From Craspedostauros australis (taxonomy: Eukaryota), in the NCBI GenBank assembly GCA_030167865.1, contig JALAGF010002723.1, forward strand, positions 1 to 58,972: a DNA stretch of 58,972 nt, read 5' to 3'. Each line of letters opens with the position of its first letter. Position 1 is the stretch's first letter. The notes under the pieces are model-generated. The model saw nothing but the letters and a program-made list of their open reading frames with translations, had not been told where the DNA came from and did not search any database. Positions 38,801-52,336 of this stretch are shown piece after piece. Position numbers and translations under genes: made by a program.

Positions 38801-41800
38801 GACGAGTCTGATCTTGATCGCAAACCGGCTGCGAAGCCTCGAGCAAACGTTTCGCCCCGCACAACTACGAAACTGAAGGACCCTCCAAGAAGCGACACTG
38901 TTGCGGCCACAACCACAGCAGCACAGGTTCCAGCACAAGATGATGACATTGAAGGTCGTACCTCGAGAAGTGCCAGCTCGACCGATGATGCCCACGCCAA
39001 TGTAGAAGCACCACAGGAAGGCGAGACAGCTGTAGATGCGGGACAGACATCTGAGCAACAAGCTGAAAATGATGCTGAGAATGCATCCAGCGATCAGGTC
39101 GACTCCGCAGTCAAATCCTCGACATCTGACGACGAGGATGTTTCGCCCGAAAACGCCGATGTGGACGTGGTTGTCGAAGACACCACAAATGATGACACGA
39201 AAGAGCCTGCGACCAAACCTGCGGACGACGACGACCAGAAACTCATTCCAGGCGAAGACAAGGGACAAGAGCAGCAGGGGGAGGAGGAGGCAAAAGCTGA
39301 GCAGAAAGAAGCAAGTGCAACCTCCGCCGACGTCAGCGGCAACGAAAATGCGAGCGAATGCCCTAACTTGAGCAAAGGCTCCGCAAATGATAGCGAGATT
39401 GCAAACAGCGACGACGCTGCTACCTCCGACATGAAGCCGCCAAAAACATTGAAACCTGGCTGTGCTGGATCCAAAGCGGTTGACGCCAAGTCAGGCGCTG
39501 GGAATACGAGCAAAGATGACACGCAGCCTCAACCCGACGATATTGAAGATACAGATGCCAAGATGCCGCCCGTTGTTACGCAATCGATCAGTGATTGTTC
39601 CGATGACAAAGCTCAGCCCGATAGTAAGTCTCGCGACACTGATGATGCGACGCATGAGAAAAGTGACACGATCGAGCAGAGCATCGTTGCTGGCGCAGAT
39701 GGTAGGACTGCCAACAGCAATGATGTGGCACCACCGCCACCAGCAGCAACCACGGCAACGGCAGTATCGACAGCAACGACGCCAACCAATCGAACTGATG
39801 CCTCCGCTGCGCCCGCATGTACTTCGCAAGAAGAAATCATCTCGGCGCCGATCAAAATGATGGACAAGCTGCAAAATGCTCACGTCGAGCAGTTCTTGTC
39901 GCATCACAAGTGGAAGTACGAAGATGCACGAGAGGCGTTCAAGAGAGAAATGTTCAAGTCGTTCGAAACAGCTGGAGTGGATATATCATCGGCGTCTCCC
40001 CAGGCAGCCGCCACATCCACTGCACATGATGATACGGGTACTGTCTGTATGATCTGTTACGACGATGAAATAGCTGAAGGCGAGTGGCAGCAGCTGCAAG
40101 GCTGTGTGCACGGTTTCTGCAAACCTTGTCTGAGGGACTATCTTGGCGATTGTGCCTCCGCGAAGGCAACGGGATTGTGCGTCGCCTGTCCGCATCACGA
40201 ATGCAAGAGCTTCTTGACCACGGAGGAGATCTCCTCCCTCCTCGAGAATCAGCCCGAAACGCAGTCGAGGATATTCGAAGCGGCCAACGAACAGTTCGTA
40301 TCGACGTGCGTCGACACGCGCTTTTGCCCTCACCCCGGATGCAACGGTATCGTTCGCAGGCTTCACCAGAGCGCGTTCAACTCGCTTGGAGCCGACATGG
40401 ACCTGCTCAACTTCCTGGGTGCAGTCTGCACGGCACCCTCCGCCCCAGTCAAAGGCATCACAACTCTCACGTACGAGGGCGTCGTTGATCCCGAATACAA
40501 GAATTGTCGCAGCCTGGAGCGACCGCGTGTAGCACACCGATTCTGCTTCGAATGTGGCGAGAACGTCCATTGGCCTGTGTCCTGCGCACGGTTGGAGGAA
40601 TGGAACAGCAAGATCAAGGAGGAGCTTGGCGACGTGGACGGCGCAAAGGCCAACAGCGACGATGTGTCAGATGTCGCACAGAAGTTGTGGATCAAGGCCA
40701 ACACGCGTCCGTGTCCCAAATGCAACGTCCCCATCGAGAAGAATGACGGGTGCAACCATATGACGTGCAGCAATCCCAGCTGCAACCACGAATTCTGCTG
40801 GATCTGTCGCAAGGACTGGAAGCTCCATGGAACCTCCACCGGAGGGTTCTTCCGTTGCAACATCTGGACCGACGACGGCGACGACGCGACGTTGCAGGGC
40901 GACACGCATGATGACACGCTTCCCACTACCGCCGCGAGAGCAAACGACCAAGGCTTCATCAATGGCGACAACAACGACCAGGGTTACGGCACCGCCATCC
41001 ATGCCGCGAGATCCGCGTACAAGCAAAAGCGGGAGATGGATCGCTTCCTCCACCACTTCACCAGGTGCAACGCTCACGCGGAAAGTGCGGAGCTGGAACG
41101 GAAGATGGCGGACACGGTCTCCATCAGATTGGCGCCGGTGGTGGAGGCAGCTGTTGAATTCGATGGGAATTCCCACTTCAACTTCGGTGGGAAGGGTCTT
41201 TCATTCGTGCATTCTGCATTTGCCGAATTGTTGGAATGCCGCTCCGTCCTTCAGCACAGCTATCCCTTCTCGTACTTTCGGTACCCCTCCTTCATCATGA
41301 TCCGCAGGTATGGGCAGCTTACCCAGATCCGACGTGAGAAGGCTTCTTTCGAGAAACTGCAGTCCGAACTGGAAACGATGACGGAGCAGATGAGCGACAT
41401 CGTGGCGCGGTCGCACCTCCGGGCCAGCCAGTTCCAAATCGCCTTCCTCACCAAGGGCGCTGCAGAAAAACGACAAGAATTTTCCAATTTCTTGCTCTCC
41501 ATCCTCCTTGAGGAAAGGAAGGAGCAGAGAGCCGATGCTACCCCCATCAGCACAGCCGACCTCGTTCGCGCAGCGGTCAGGGCCCGAGAGCGAATGATAG
41601 ACTCATCGCCGTTCCCACCGAGCGTTGTGAATCGTATGATGGACGATGTCTGGCCGAGGAACGATGGCAATGGAGGCCTCATGTACCCGAGCAACCAGAT
41701 TAGGGACGCGCTTCGTTCAAGTCTGGACCAGTACGTGCTGAATCCCAGCCAGCCGAGGGAAGCCACCCTGGACCCTATGGCCACGAATGCGCTCGACACC

Positions 41801-41896
41801 AACGCATCTGCCATGTGGGCCTGCGATGCCTGCACCTACATGAACTCCGATGGTGGCCGTCGTTGTGCGATGTGTGGCACAGGGCGCTCACGCTGA
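35878..41896 (+). CDS. Ankyrin-repeat Ariadne-type RBR E3 ubiquitin ligase (ANKIB1-like) with C-terminal RanBP2/NZF finger; exons 35878-36192 and 36437-41896 (alternative in-frame acceptor at 36461), ~1920 aa
   Basis: Ankyrin motifs TPLHEAA, GRTALHMVC and GRTALHYAA. RING1 CMIC...CVHGFCKPC...CPHHEC, IBR FCPHPGC...HRFCFEC...HWPVSC, RING2 PCPKC...KNDGCNHMTC...HEFCWIC. Ariadne helices RFLHHFTR...ELLECRSVLQHSY. WACDACTYMN...CAMC at the C-terminus. Donor AAG|GTGAGT at 36193 is phase 0. Confidence 0.88.
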
Positions 41897-42412
41897 ATTC
41901 ATGGACAGGCACTGTAACACACCAACGCAAAAAGGAAACGTCGACGTGGGAGCGCAGCTACGAGTAATTATAACGACCCGTGGAAACAAGCAAACAAAAC
42001 ACGCTCTGCGTGTCCCTTCTGTGTTTCTCTCTCTCTCTCTCCCGAGTAGAGCATATAAAAGTATTTTCTGCTTGTGATTCATAGGAGAGTAGTATATTAG
42101 TACTCGTGCGAGTACATGGCCCAATGCACTTCGTCGGCCAGGAAGATGCCATTGCTCACCTCCACAAAGGGGTGGTCAGACCCGTGATGACAGGCACCAT
42201 CCAAGATGCTGGCGGGCTGTTTCTGTTTGTTGCAGATTCCTCACTCGCGAGTAGCTTATTGTGCTGGCAGCCATGCGTACTGGTGGGCATGCCACGAGTA
42301 GTATTTACGCACACTCAGGGGCGCGGGTTCGTGTGTTGGGAAACAATGCAGTGGCTGCTGGGACACAGTTGACGGCTCCGCACCGAGGCATCCGAACCTT
42401 ATTGTCCTTTGT

Positions 42413-43707
<1,295 letters not shown>

Positions 43708-44424
43708 CTTGATGGATTTCTGTCGTTCGTGGTAGGTGAGCGAGATCGAGACTATGGAAGTTGGGGGAAGCTGTCGATGTGGATGTGGATGATGGTGTGC
43801 CTGCGCAAGTATGATGGATGGTGCGATGGCGCGATGGTGTGCAGAGAAGACGGCTGTTGGGAGGACTGCTCACAGTACCACGCAACCCACACCAAATGAC
43901 ACCACACCAATCAACGAAAAGGATACACATCAAATCAATCACGGGACACGTATGTGTCCCGTTTCATGCACACATTCACGAATGGTTTTCACCAACACTA
44001 TCTGAAATAATCATGTCAAATCAAGTTTAGGGTGTCCGACATACACATCAACGTATGGATAGTCTCACACAGTATTGATGTGAAAGGCCTGTCTGTCAGT
44101 TTATTGGCTGTTGCTCAACTTGCAGCTGTCAGTCCGTTGCACTGATATTGTCTGTTTGCATGTACTTTTTGTCGCAACATCGACGTTGCCGACGAAAAGC
44201 GGACGAGAGGGTCGTTCAGAATGCCAGAGCTGAAGCTGATTGTAAATGGAATGGCTACAGTCGTGCTCTGGAAAGCTCGAAACTTGAGAGGAAACCAGAT
44301 GCGATCATTGGCAGGACCTGTAGAATGACGATCCAGGCTGTGTGTTCGAAGCAATCCATACGAGTGCATGGATTTCATGTTTGCGCTGGCGCTCATTCCA
44401 ACTGAAGCCGTCGTGGTTGAGAAG

Positions 44425-45045
44425 TTAGCATCCGCCAACTCCCTTGATGGAGAACAAGTGGAGTTCGAAATATCCCTCCACGCCCTGGGCCCAGATCTCC
44501 ATGAATTGGATGTTGCTCAACGCGGCTGGAGTTGGGCAAACGCTGGGGTCAGCGGAGCACGGGGTAGTGATCTTGCCGGTACCGAGATTCCAGTCGTTGC
44601 TGAATTTGTTGAGCTCGATGGTGACGGAGACTTTATTAGTCGGGAGGGAAAAGAAGGTAGCGCGCCACTCGGAAGGAATGGGATACTTGTCGTTCGGAGG
44701 CACAGTTCCAAAGGCAACGTAGTATGAGTAGTAGTTGCTGAAATTTTCAAGTGTGATCTCGATGGCTTCACAGTTGGAGATGTCCGGAAACGAGTCAGTG
44801 GCAGTGATCTTGGCAAAGCCTGGACCGCCGATGAATGGTTGGTATTTCACAGTGCCATAGAAATCGGTTTCGTATCCCGTGTTCACATACTTGACCACAG
44901 AAGATCCACCTGGGATGACATCATCTGTCGCGGGTACCCAGTTGTGCTTGAGGCTAGCGAAATCCTCCATGACGATATCAGCGTTGGAAGTAGATGGCAC
45001 CCCGAAGAGGATGGCAACGACGATGGAAGAGACGGAGAACTTCAT
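44425..45045 (-). CDS. Secreted ~206-aa protein with a CIA30/NDUFAF1-like (galactose-binding-like) domain
   Basis: Signal peptide MKFSVSSIVVAILFGVPSTSNA. The W...DDVIPGGSS, F.GTV...PGF, D.S.CEAIEI, WRATF, V.I...FS and EG.F.L.L.SI pattern follows the CIA30 domain layout. Confidence 0.65.
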   Translation of the reverse strand: MKFSVSSIVVAILFGVPSTSNADIVMEDFASLKHNWVPATDDVIPGGSSVVKYVNTGYETDFYGTVKYQPFIGGPGFAKITATDSFPDISNCEAIEITLENFSNYYSYYVAFGTVPPNDKYPIPSEWRATFFSLPTNKVSVTIELNKFSNDWNLGTGKITTPCSADPSVCPTPAALSNIQFMEIWAQGVEGYFELHLFSIKGVGGC

Positions 45046-45948
45046 GATGTGGGTGGAGATGTTTGGCGTGTTGGTATGTTGGTTTTGTTTGGTTTGTTTG
45101 TGTGTTGATGAACGTGCTGGATGAGCTGATTGAGACTTTTGAGTTTATGAGAGGAAAGATGATTAGTTTGGGCAAAGCGATCACGGCAATGCATAGGACA
45201 TCATGCTTGTGCAGACAACTTGAAATTTGGCTTCACACCTTTGCTACGATCTTCCGTGCTGGAAAACCAACCAGGGAGATGTAGGCCCAGTTGACTCCAG
45301 TACGACTTGCAGGATCGTACGTACGTGTATAGTATGCAGGCACACTGCATTTCATGGTCACCTTGCCGGGCGGGAAATCGAAACAAGACCGACGTCGGTG
45401 CCATAAATTCGTTGATCTGATCATAAATCTGAATGTGTGATCACCTTCACACGAACCAGCAAAACGGTGACATGTTTGGGAAGGCAAGACCTCTTTCTTT
45501 CCTTTTCCTTTCTTGGCGCATTGTCGAGTGATAGAGCATAATGATATATCGTCCTTCGAAGGCGACGCAAGCGGACATCACCATGAAGTCCGAACACATT
45601 ATGGAGATAGACCATTCCACAAACCAGCGAGCTGAGCTGGGTTTGGGGTCTCCGGAGGAACTGAGATATCTCATTGCAAGACCTCCTGGTTGTGTCTTAG
45701 CTTCAAACCCAAACCTTCCCCTGGCCTCCAGCATGTGCAAGTTGACGCGTACATTCGTCGTTGTACGGTAAGTGCATGCACTCATGTGTCAAAAATGTTC
45801 GTGTATCTATTGATGGTTTAGGTATGTGGATGAAAAATCACATGGTGTTGGGAACGGAGCAAGGCGTCCCCCCACCGCCGGCTTTGGCACGCAAAAGGAT
45901 GCATAACGGATGGGCGAAAGCCGTGGCATCCAACATCGAGTAGCTCGA

Positions 45949-48900
45949 TCAGCCACGCAAGATCATGTTGGAGTGCCCCATCTGGGGTTGAGCGGGTAGA
46001 GGCTTGGTCGGCCCCATGCTCGCGACTGTAGAGGGCCGTCGACCACTGCCGTTGCTGCGCGTGCGCTTGGATAGCAGCGGTGAGGGTCCTTCGGGCGTCA
46101 CTCCTGCGGAGGACAACGGAGATGGCATCAATGGCATTGGCGATGCCGAGCTCATCTGTTGGTGCTGCTGCGATGTCTGGTGATGGATTTGGTGCTGCGA
46201 ATGATTTGACCCCAAGCTATCGGATGATGCAGCGTGCTGTACTGGGGGCAGAAAGCACAGCGAGCTCATCCCTGCATCTGATGGCTGCTGCAACTGCATA
46301 TCCGACTTCATCATGTTCGAAAGAGTGGGGAAGACCGGCGGCGTACGATTCATGGTGTGCGCAGGCGCCAAGGTGGCGCCCATCACGTGGCTTTTGTACA
46401 CATCCTTCAGCGCTGTTGGGGTGTTGGTGGATGACGACACGCTGCGGACTGGCGAAACCTTCGGCTGTGTCGATGGCGGCATTGACATTGACAGTGGCAT
46501 TGCCAGTGACGATGATGGCGGAAGACTCGAGATGCTGCTGTTTGCTTGAGACTGATGGACGTCAACACCTGTATTGGCTGCGCTGTCGCCAGCTTCGAAC
46601 GCCGATTTGAGACAAACCCAATCGCGAACCAGCAGATTGGCGAGCTCGGGGCCGCTGCGACGGTTGTTCTTCGAGTACGAGCGATAGCTCTTCTTTAGGA
46701 TGTTCAAGGCGTCTGTCTCGGATGTCGATCGTCTTGACGGAGGCCGCAGGAGCAGCAACCGAATCTGGATGAAATGAGGAAGGAGTGAGGTGGAGACGGT
46801 CTCCGCCCCGCTGCTCCCAGCACTGGCATCGTCACCAGCCGACAACGGCAACGCGGATGAAGGCATGCAGTCCCCCAGAAGCGACACAAGACACTGCTCT
46901 TCCTCGTTGTCAATCGCATCCGCGACGGCAACCGAACGCTTGTTGGTCCTTGAATCCTGCACAACTCGTGGGTTTTGTGCGGAATTAACGCGTGCTGACG
47001 CTTGCTTGAACATGTTCTGTTGTGGTGGTGGATTGACCAACTGCTGCTGCCCAGCGGAGAATGGATCATTTGGCGCGGTGAAGCTATTCCTCTGATTGGA
47101 TGTTGCCACCGTCTCCGCCGCCATGGTCTGCTTCTGTGGTGTCGGCGGGTGGGTGGTGCCACCACTACTGCTGTCGGCCTTGGCTTCGGCGTCGGCGTTG
47201 GAGTCTGCATCTGAAGGGGACTGTTCGTCATTCGTCTCAATGACCAAGCGCCACTTTGGTTCGGGAGAGTAAGCCGTAAGCTCCTCCGATATCATTTCCA
47301 TCATGGCGTTGTCAGCATCGAGCTCGGCCGAGCTGTAGAGGACGATGCAGATTCTTCCCACCATGGGAGTGCTGAGCGGTATCCCGACTGCTGTCTTCAC
47401 GCCGTACACCTTGGCGCCACCAGCACGTTCGAAGTACTGTGGATCCATGTCATGAACGCACTTCTCCCAGCTCGGTGCTCCAGACGCGTACACACGGCCT
47501 ACGAGGCCGTGGCCAGACTGAAAGGAGAACTTCTCGGAGTACACCCCGAACTCATTCCACTGGAGGGCGCCCAAGGGGTCGACATCGGGACGGGTCACGA
47601 AACCGGCCTGGAAGAGGCGGAGCTCTTGCTTTGCTGGCGCCGATGGGTCATCGTCAGAGCTTGGAGGGACAGGGATGAAGGATGGGACGAAGATGTCGAC
47701 ATGCTGGAACGGGAGATTCTTGGATGTGATGTACGAGACGACCGTATCCAGGAATGGACCGCGGTTTTGTTTGGCTGGATGGTTGGAGACGATCTGGGCC
47801 CCTCCGTCCGCTTCAGGTTCGAACGGGGGCAGGTTGTCGGATGGCGGGTCTGTTGAATCCATCAGATCTGATAGAACAGCGTTGAAGTCCTCGCTGAACG
47901 TTCGAGGACGGCCGCGGCGTGCGCCCTCATCGTTCTGCAACCTGTCGCAGCCATCCTGCATCATGCTGTCATCCGCCATGGAGTCCATCATGGAGTTGAA
48001 GAAGTCCTTCTCGCTGGAGTGGTTGGAACTGGGACCGGACGCCGATACTTTCCGCGTGCTCGTTTCCAGATTGAGGCTCATGTTGAGATCAGATTCGTGG
48101 ATGAAGTGATTTGTTTGCAACGGCACGTTGGCAGATGCAGCTCCTGCTGGGGCGGATGTCACCAGCAGTGGGCGTTGCGCCAACGTGTCCGGACCTGCGG
48201 TTGTGTGCACCTGAACGCGCTTGCTCATGTGCATGTTCGTGCCATCTCGGAAGCCGCCGTTGGAGCTGAAGATGTCGCTCGCAGCATCGGCCTTGACTCC
48301 GTCAATGAAGACGCCGCGACTTGTTGAGGCCCCCGTGTCTGTGCGGAGCGCCAGTCCCATGCGCCTGCGGCGGGTCCGACGGATATCCTCCTCTGCCTGC
48401 GAGGCACGGCGTTCGATCTCTTCGAGGCTGCTGATCCACGCATTGCCATCCAGCAACGTGTAGCCGACCTGAACGCACATGTTGGAGAAGTGGGTGCGCC
48501 ACTGCTTGGTGAGGTTGAATCGGAGCTGCAGCTGCATGGTCTTGGAGGAGATGGACGCAAGGAACTTCTCCTGAAGGTTGGACAATTCCTTGCAGTTCTT
48601 CAAGATGTCGACCTTGTCGAGACCCAGCTCGAAGGATCTCGTGCTGAGCTTCGCATTCTTCATCTTCTTCGTCAGCCGGCTGCTCTTGCACAGCAGTATC
48701 TCGCCGAGGAATTCGTTCAGCTTGATCCCATGAGGGAGGGGCAGCCCGCCATGATCGAACGCTTTGACGAGGAAATCTACGAATCTGATCTCATCCTCCG
48801 TCCACCGACCGGTGCGCTGGAGATCCATGGCGGAAAGTCCGCTGGCCGATGACGACGACAGCGAGCTGCACGAGTTGGACATGATGAGGTACAACGATTC

Positions 48901-50456
48901 CGCGTACGAGCTTCCGTTCGCGGCTTCGTCACGAGGATGCTTTTGTCCAGTTCGGTATGATGTGGAGGTGGAGGATGACAATGATGACGAGGACGGCAGC
49001 CGCGGTGATGGAGCCTGTCCGGGCATGGAGCCGGCGGAAGAGGCAGAGCCCTTGGATTGCAGGGACGTCCTCTGGATCTCAATCGCCTTCTCGAGATCCG
49101 AGAAGTCCAGCGGCATCATCTCGATCCCCGTGACGTTTGCCTGGCAGGCGGGACATCTTGAGGTCGGTCCCATCACAGGCACAGGCAAGGAACTGTAGGT
49201 TTCCGACTTTCGTGGCTCAAGGACTAACGAGAGTGGTACGCATCTCTGTACTCGTCGGTGCATTGTGCAGATCGGAAGTTGGCGCGTGATCGTATTGCAT
49301 TGTGCCGTATTGCATCGTCGATGATACGAAGTGGCGTGCATCACAGTATCCGCACATACATTGGAGTTCGTTGGTTAGTGATTCAACATGAGTTCAATGC
49401 GATCCATCCCAACATCGCGATGTATCAATCAAGAAGCACCCGAACACATGCATGGGCGCGTGGGTACGCACGTACATGAGTTCGCACGTTCATCATCGAA
49501 CATGCAGAGAGGAAGGACGGCAGGAAGGAAACAATGAGAACGCAACAACAACAGCAACAACAATAGCAACAGGCACAGAACATGAGGGACGCAAGAAGGC
49601 AAAGATGCAAGAGAATTCATGTGAGTGCGAGCGGGATGATCATTCTCATCGTAGTGCAGTGACAAGACCGAAGACCCCACCGACGGCAGGCATGTACACC
49701 ACGCTGCGTATCGATGAACACGATACCGCACCGCGTTGCAACGAGGCGACGTGAGGTCAACGCCATGGTCACCATGGTCGTCAAAGGAGAGCAAGAGAAC
49801 CAACGAACGAACGATTGATCGGTCGTTGTCGTCCTTGCCGCCCCTGCAATCATGACGGCGGCCATGGCGTTGAACACAAACGAGCGTCCGTGGCTGCGGA
49901 TGCCACATGCGCATCGTGGGCGATCGCTGTCTTTTTTACTGCGTCACATTTTGGTGCAGATAGGTTTTGGGAACATGTCTGTCAAAAGCGGAAAACAATC
50001 TGCTTTTTGGAGCCTGACGGATATTCTGATTACCCATGACTGCGACGACACTTAACGTTCTTGTTGTTCCGCCATGTCGCATCGACTTCATGCAACCTCG
50101 AAATGCCGATGGTTGTGACGAAGTTGGTACAGACACAGAAGAAATGAAGAACTCTTGTGGCGTAAAACTTCGAGTGATATCGATCGTTCTTGTGTTCTAC
50201 CGCCACCGCCAACACAGACCGACACAAGCACCAGGCCATGTGGCCTGGCTGTGCGTGTGTATTGGTACACACGAAACAAGTTCGACTGTGGATGTGTTCA
50301 TCGTCGTCGTTGCCTCTCTCCCTCTCTCTTGCGTGAACGAGGACTCACCGCATGTAACGTGCAACCGCACGCCCTGAGACGGATGTCGCTGCCATTGTGG
50401 TGGCATGCCGCACAGATCATCATCGACGACTTTGCATGCGAATGTTGCTGCGCCAT
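45949..50456 (-). CDS. RING / Myb-like / GAF / Gln-rich regulator (diatom RGQ-like); exons 50456-50349 and 49245-45949, ~1134 aa
   Basis: Exon 1 MAQQ...CAAC...ACGCTLHA|GTGAGT joins in phase 0 to CAG|RC...CPAC, completing a RING-like finger. RTGRWTEDE...FL..LLCKSSRLTKKMK helix domain. NLP-type GAF segment YSEKFSF...GLVGRVY..G.PSW...FERAGGA..YGVKTAVGIP. Q/S/P-rich tail. Confidence 0.8.
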
Positions 50457-51305
50457 TGCCACGATCTCTCTCTCTCCCTCTTTCCTGGAACCTTCGATTT
50501 TGTGGTTCTTGTGTGATGCTTGTGATGTGTGTTCGTTTTGCTTTTGTGTTGGGCTGTGTGTCTCTTGTGTGAGACAAGTTTGTGAGTTGTTTGCGTTTTG
50601 TGTGTGATCGTGGTGGCGATGATGATCGCGATGATGACGATGATGTTTCAGAGATCGTTTTGGGAAAAAGAAAAACGGCACAACAACAAAGGGGGCCTGT
50701 ATCGTGGGCAGATGGGCAGGCCACTTGCGCTTCGTCATCCCAACTCCACGAGTTAGTTCCTTTTCTTCCTCCTCCTTCGTGGTTGTTTGTCTACGTTGTT
50801 CTCGACCCAACCGCCCCACGCGACTCAAGTGTGAACCGTGGTGGCAAAAAGGTGTCCTTTTTGCCGTTGCGTCTGTGCGAACCGATCAAAAGTGATGTGT
50901 CAAATGGCGCATTTAGGGCGATTTTGTCCGGGTACAGTCTCTCTGATTGGCCCAGAGAGAAATGGCGAATGTTGCGGCGTGGAAAGTCACCATAGAACTG
51001 GGGATATGTTCATCCTTGTAGCATTCTGTTGGCTTGTCTGTGTTCTGGATGTTCCTGCACGATCCTCTCAACCGACAGGCACGCATTGTCTGTGCGAATC
51101 TTGCACCTTTCACCACGAACGGCAACGGCAACGGGACAGACAGCCAGACAGACAGACGCACGCAGCTCAACACTGTTCTGGTCAACTGCTCTGCAACACC
51201 GTTGCCTTCGTGCGTCTCACAAATCTCACGAATCAAAATGACACCATCCTCCGCATCAAACAAGGTGCTGGCATCTGCGAACATGTCTGGCATGGTGCCA
51301 TAGAT

Positions 51306-51335
51306 CATACCATACCATACCATACCATACCATAC
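51306..51335. repeat. (CATAC)6 microsatellite
   Basis: Six perfect catac units read directly. Confidence 0.9.
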
Positions 51336-52336
51336 CAATAGGAGTATGTACAGACAACAGGAACGAAGACGGTGTCATTGGGCAGTGTCGGGAGTGTGAC
51401 TGCGCCGCGGATCATGCTGCTTGCTCGTTCTGTGTGCTGGATTCTCTGTGAAGAAGCAAGCTTGCATGTGCGCTTGTTGCTTCTGTGCCAATTCTCTCAG
51501 GCACCTCTGCACCACCCAGTACGCGTATGCTCGACCCATGCTCCGGTTTCGCAAAGGCGTCCGTTTTTTATTGTCTCTATTGTTTTAGGGGTTGATCATG
51601 GCTTCTCTGTTCATTGCATGTTCTCGTGATGATCTCTTGAGAGTGCCCGTGGCACATGCTGGTGCGCAATGAGGACGGTACTCAGGATCAAGTTGGCGCT
51701 GCCAAACACAGAAATGGACTACTGCTGATGGAGGGGAGGAAAGAAGCATGCATGAATGATGAAGCTGATGATGAAAGGAAGGAAGGGATCGCACCGAGCG
51801 CTGCCGGGCAATTTGATGCTTGGTCGGCGTTCCGCGCGTTCGTTTCACTTCTGTGGGTACAACCTTGATGGGGTTGGACCGCTGGGTGTTTTGAATTATT
51901 CGATGGAGTGTTTTTTGTGATGCACGTGTGCGGGGTGCTGCATTCCACCACGCCATGTCATCATCTCGCAATAATGCACACTCATCGGAGCTGGCGACGA
52001 TATTCAAGGGGGGCAAGCGTGTGCTAGTATGGGCTGAAATAGGCAAGTGAGCTGAACTGGGTTTTCTCGCTTGTCTGTTTCAGGCCACAGTGGCACACCA
52101 TGCTTTCAATTTGTGCGTGCACCTGCGCATGAGCGGGACTCCTCCTGGATTATCCATTTGGGTTGCCTTTGATTGCCCGGTGATCTCATGTTCGACGTGA
52201 TGGACGACGTCTCGGTCCGTTCTACGAGTGGGCACGCTGGAAGAATGGTCATGTATTGGCACGCACGTCTCACATGTACCACTGAATTCCTGCAAGAGCG
52301 CCCGAGGTTGGATGGAGCTGGCCTATCGATGTTGCC

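Noticed and set aside
28921-41896. Adjacent clathrin light chain, ATG9 and RBR E3 as a trafficking/autophagy gene cluster
   Set aside because: Eukaryotic neighbours separated by more than 1 kb with no shared regulatory motif seen; co-location is plausibly chance without synteny data.
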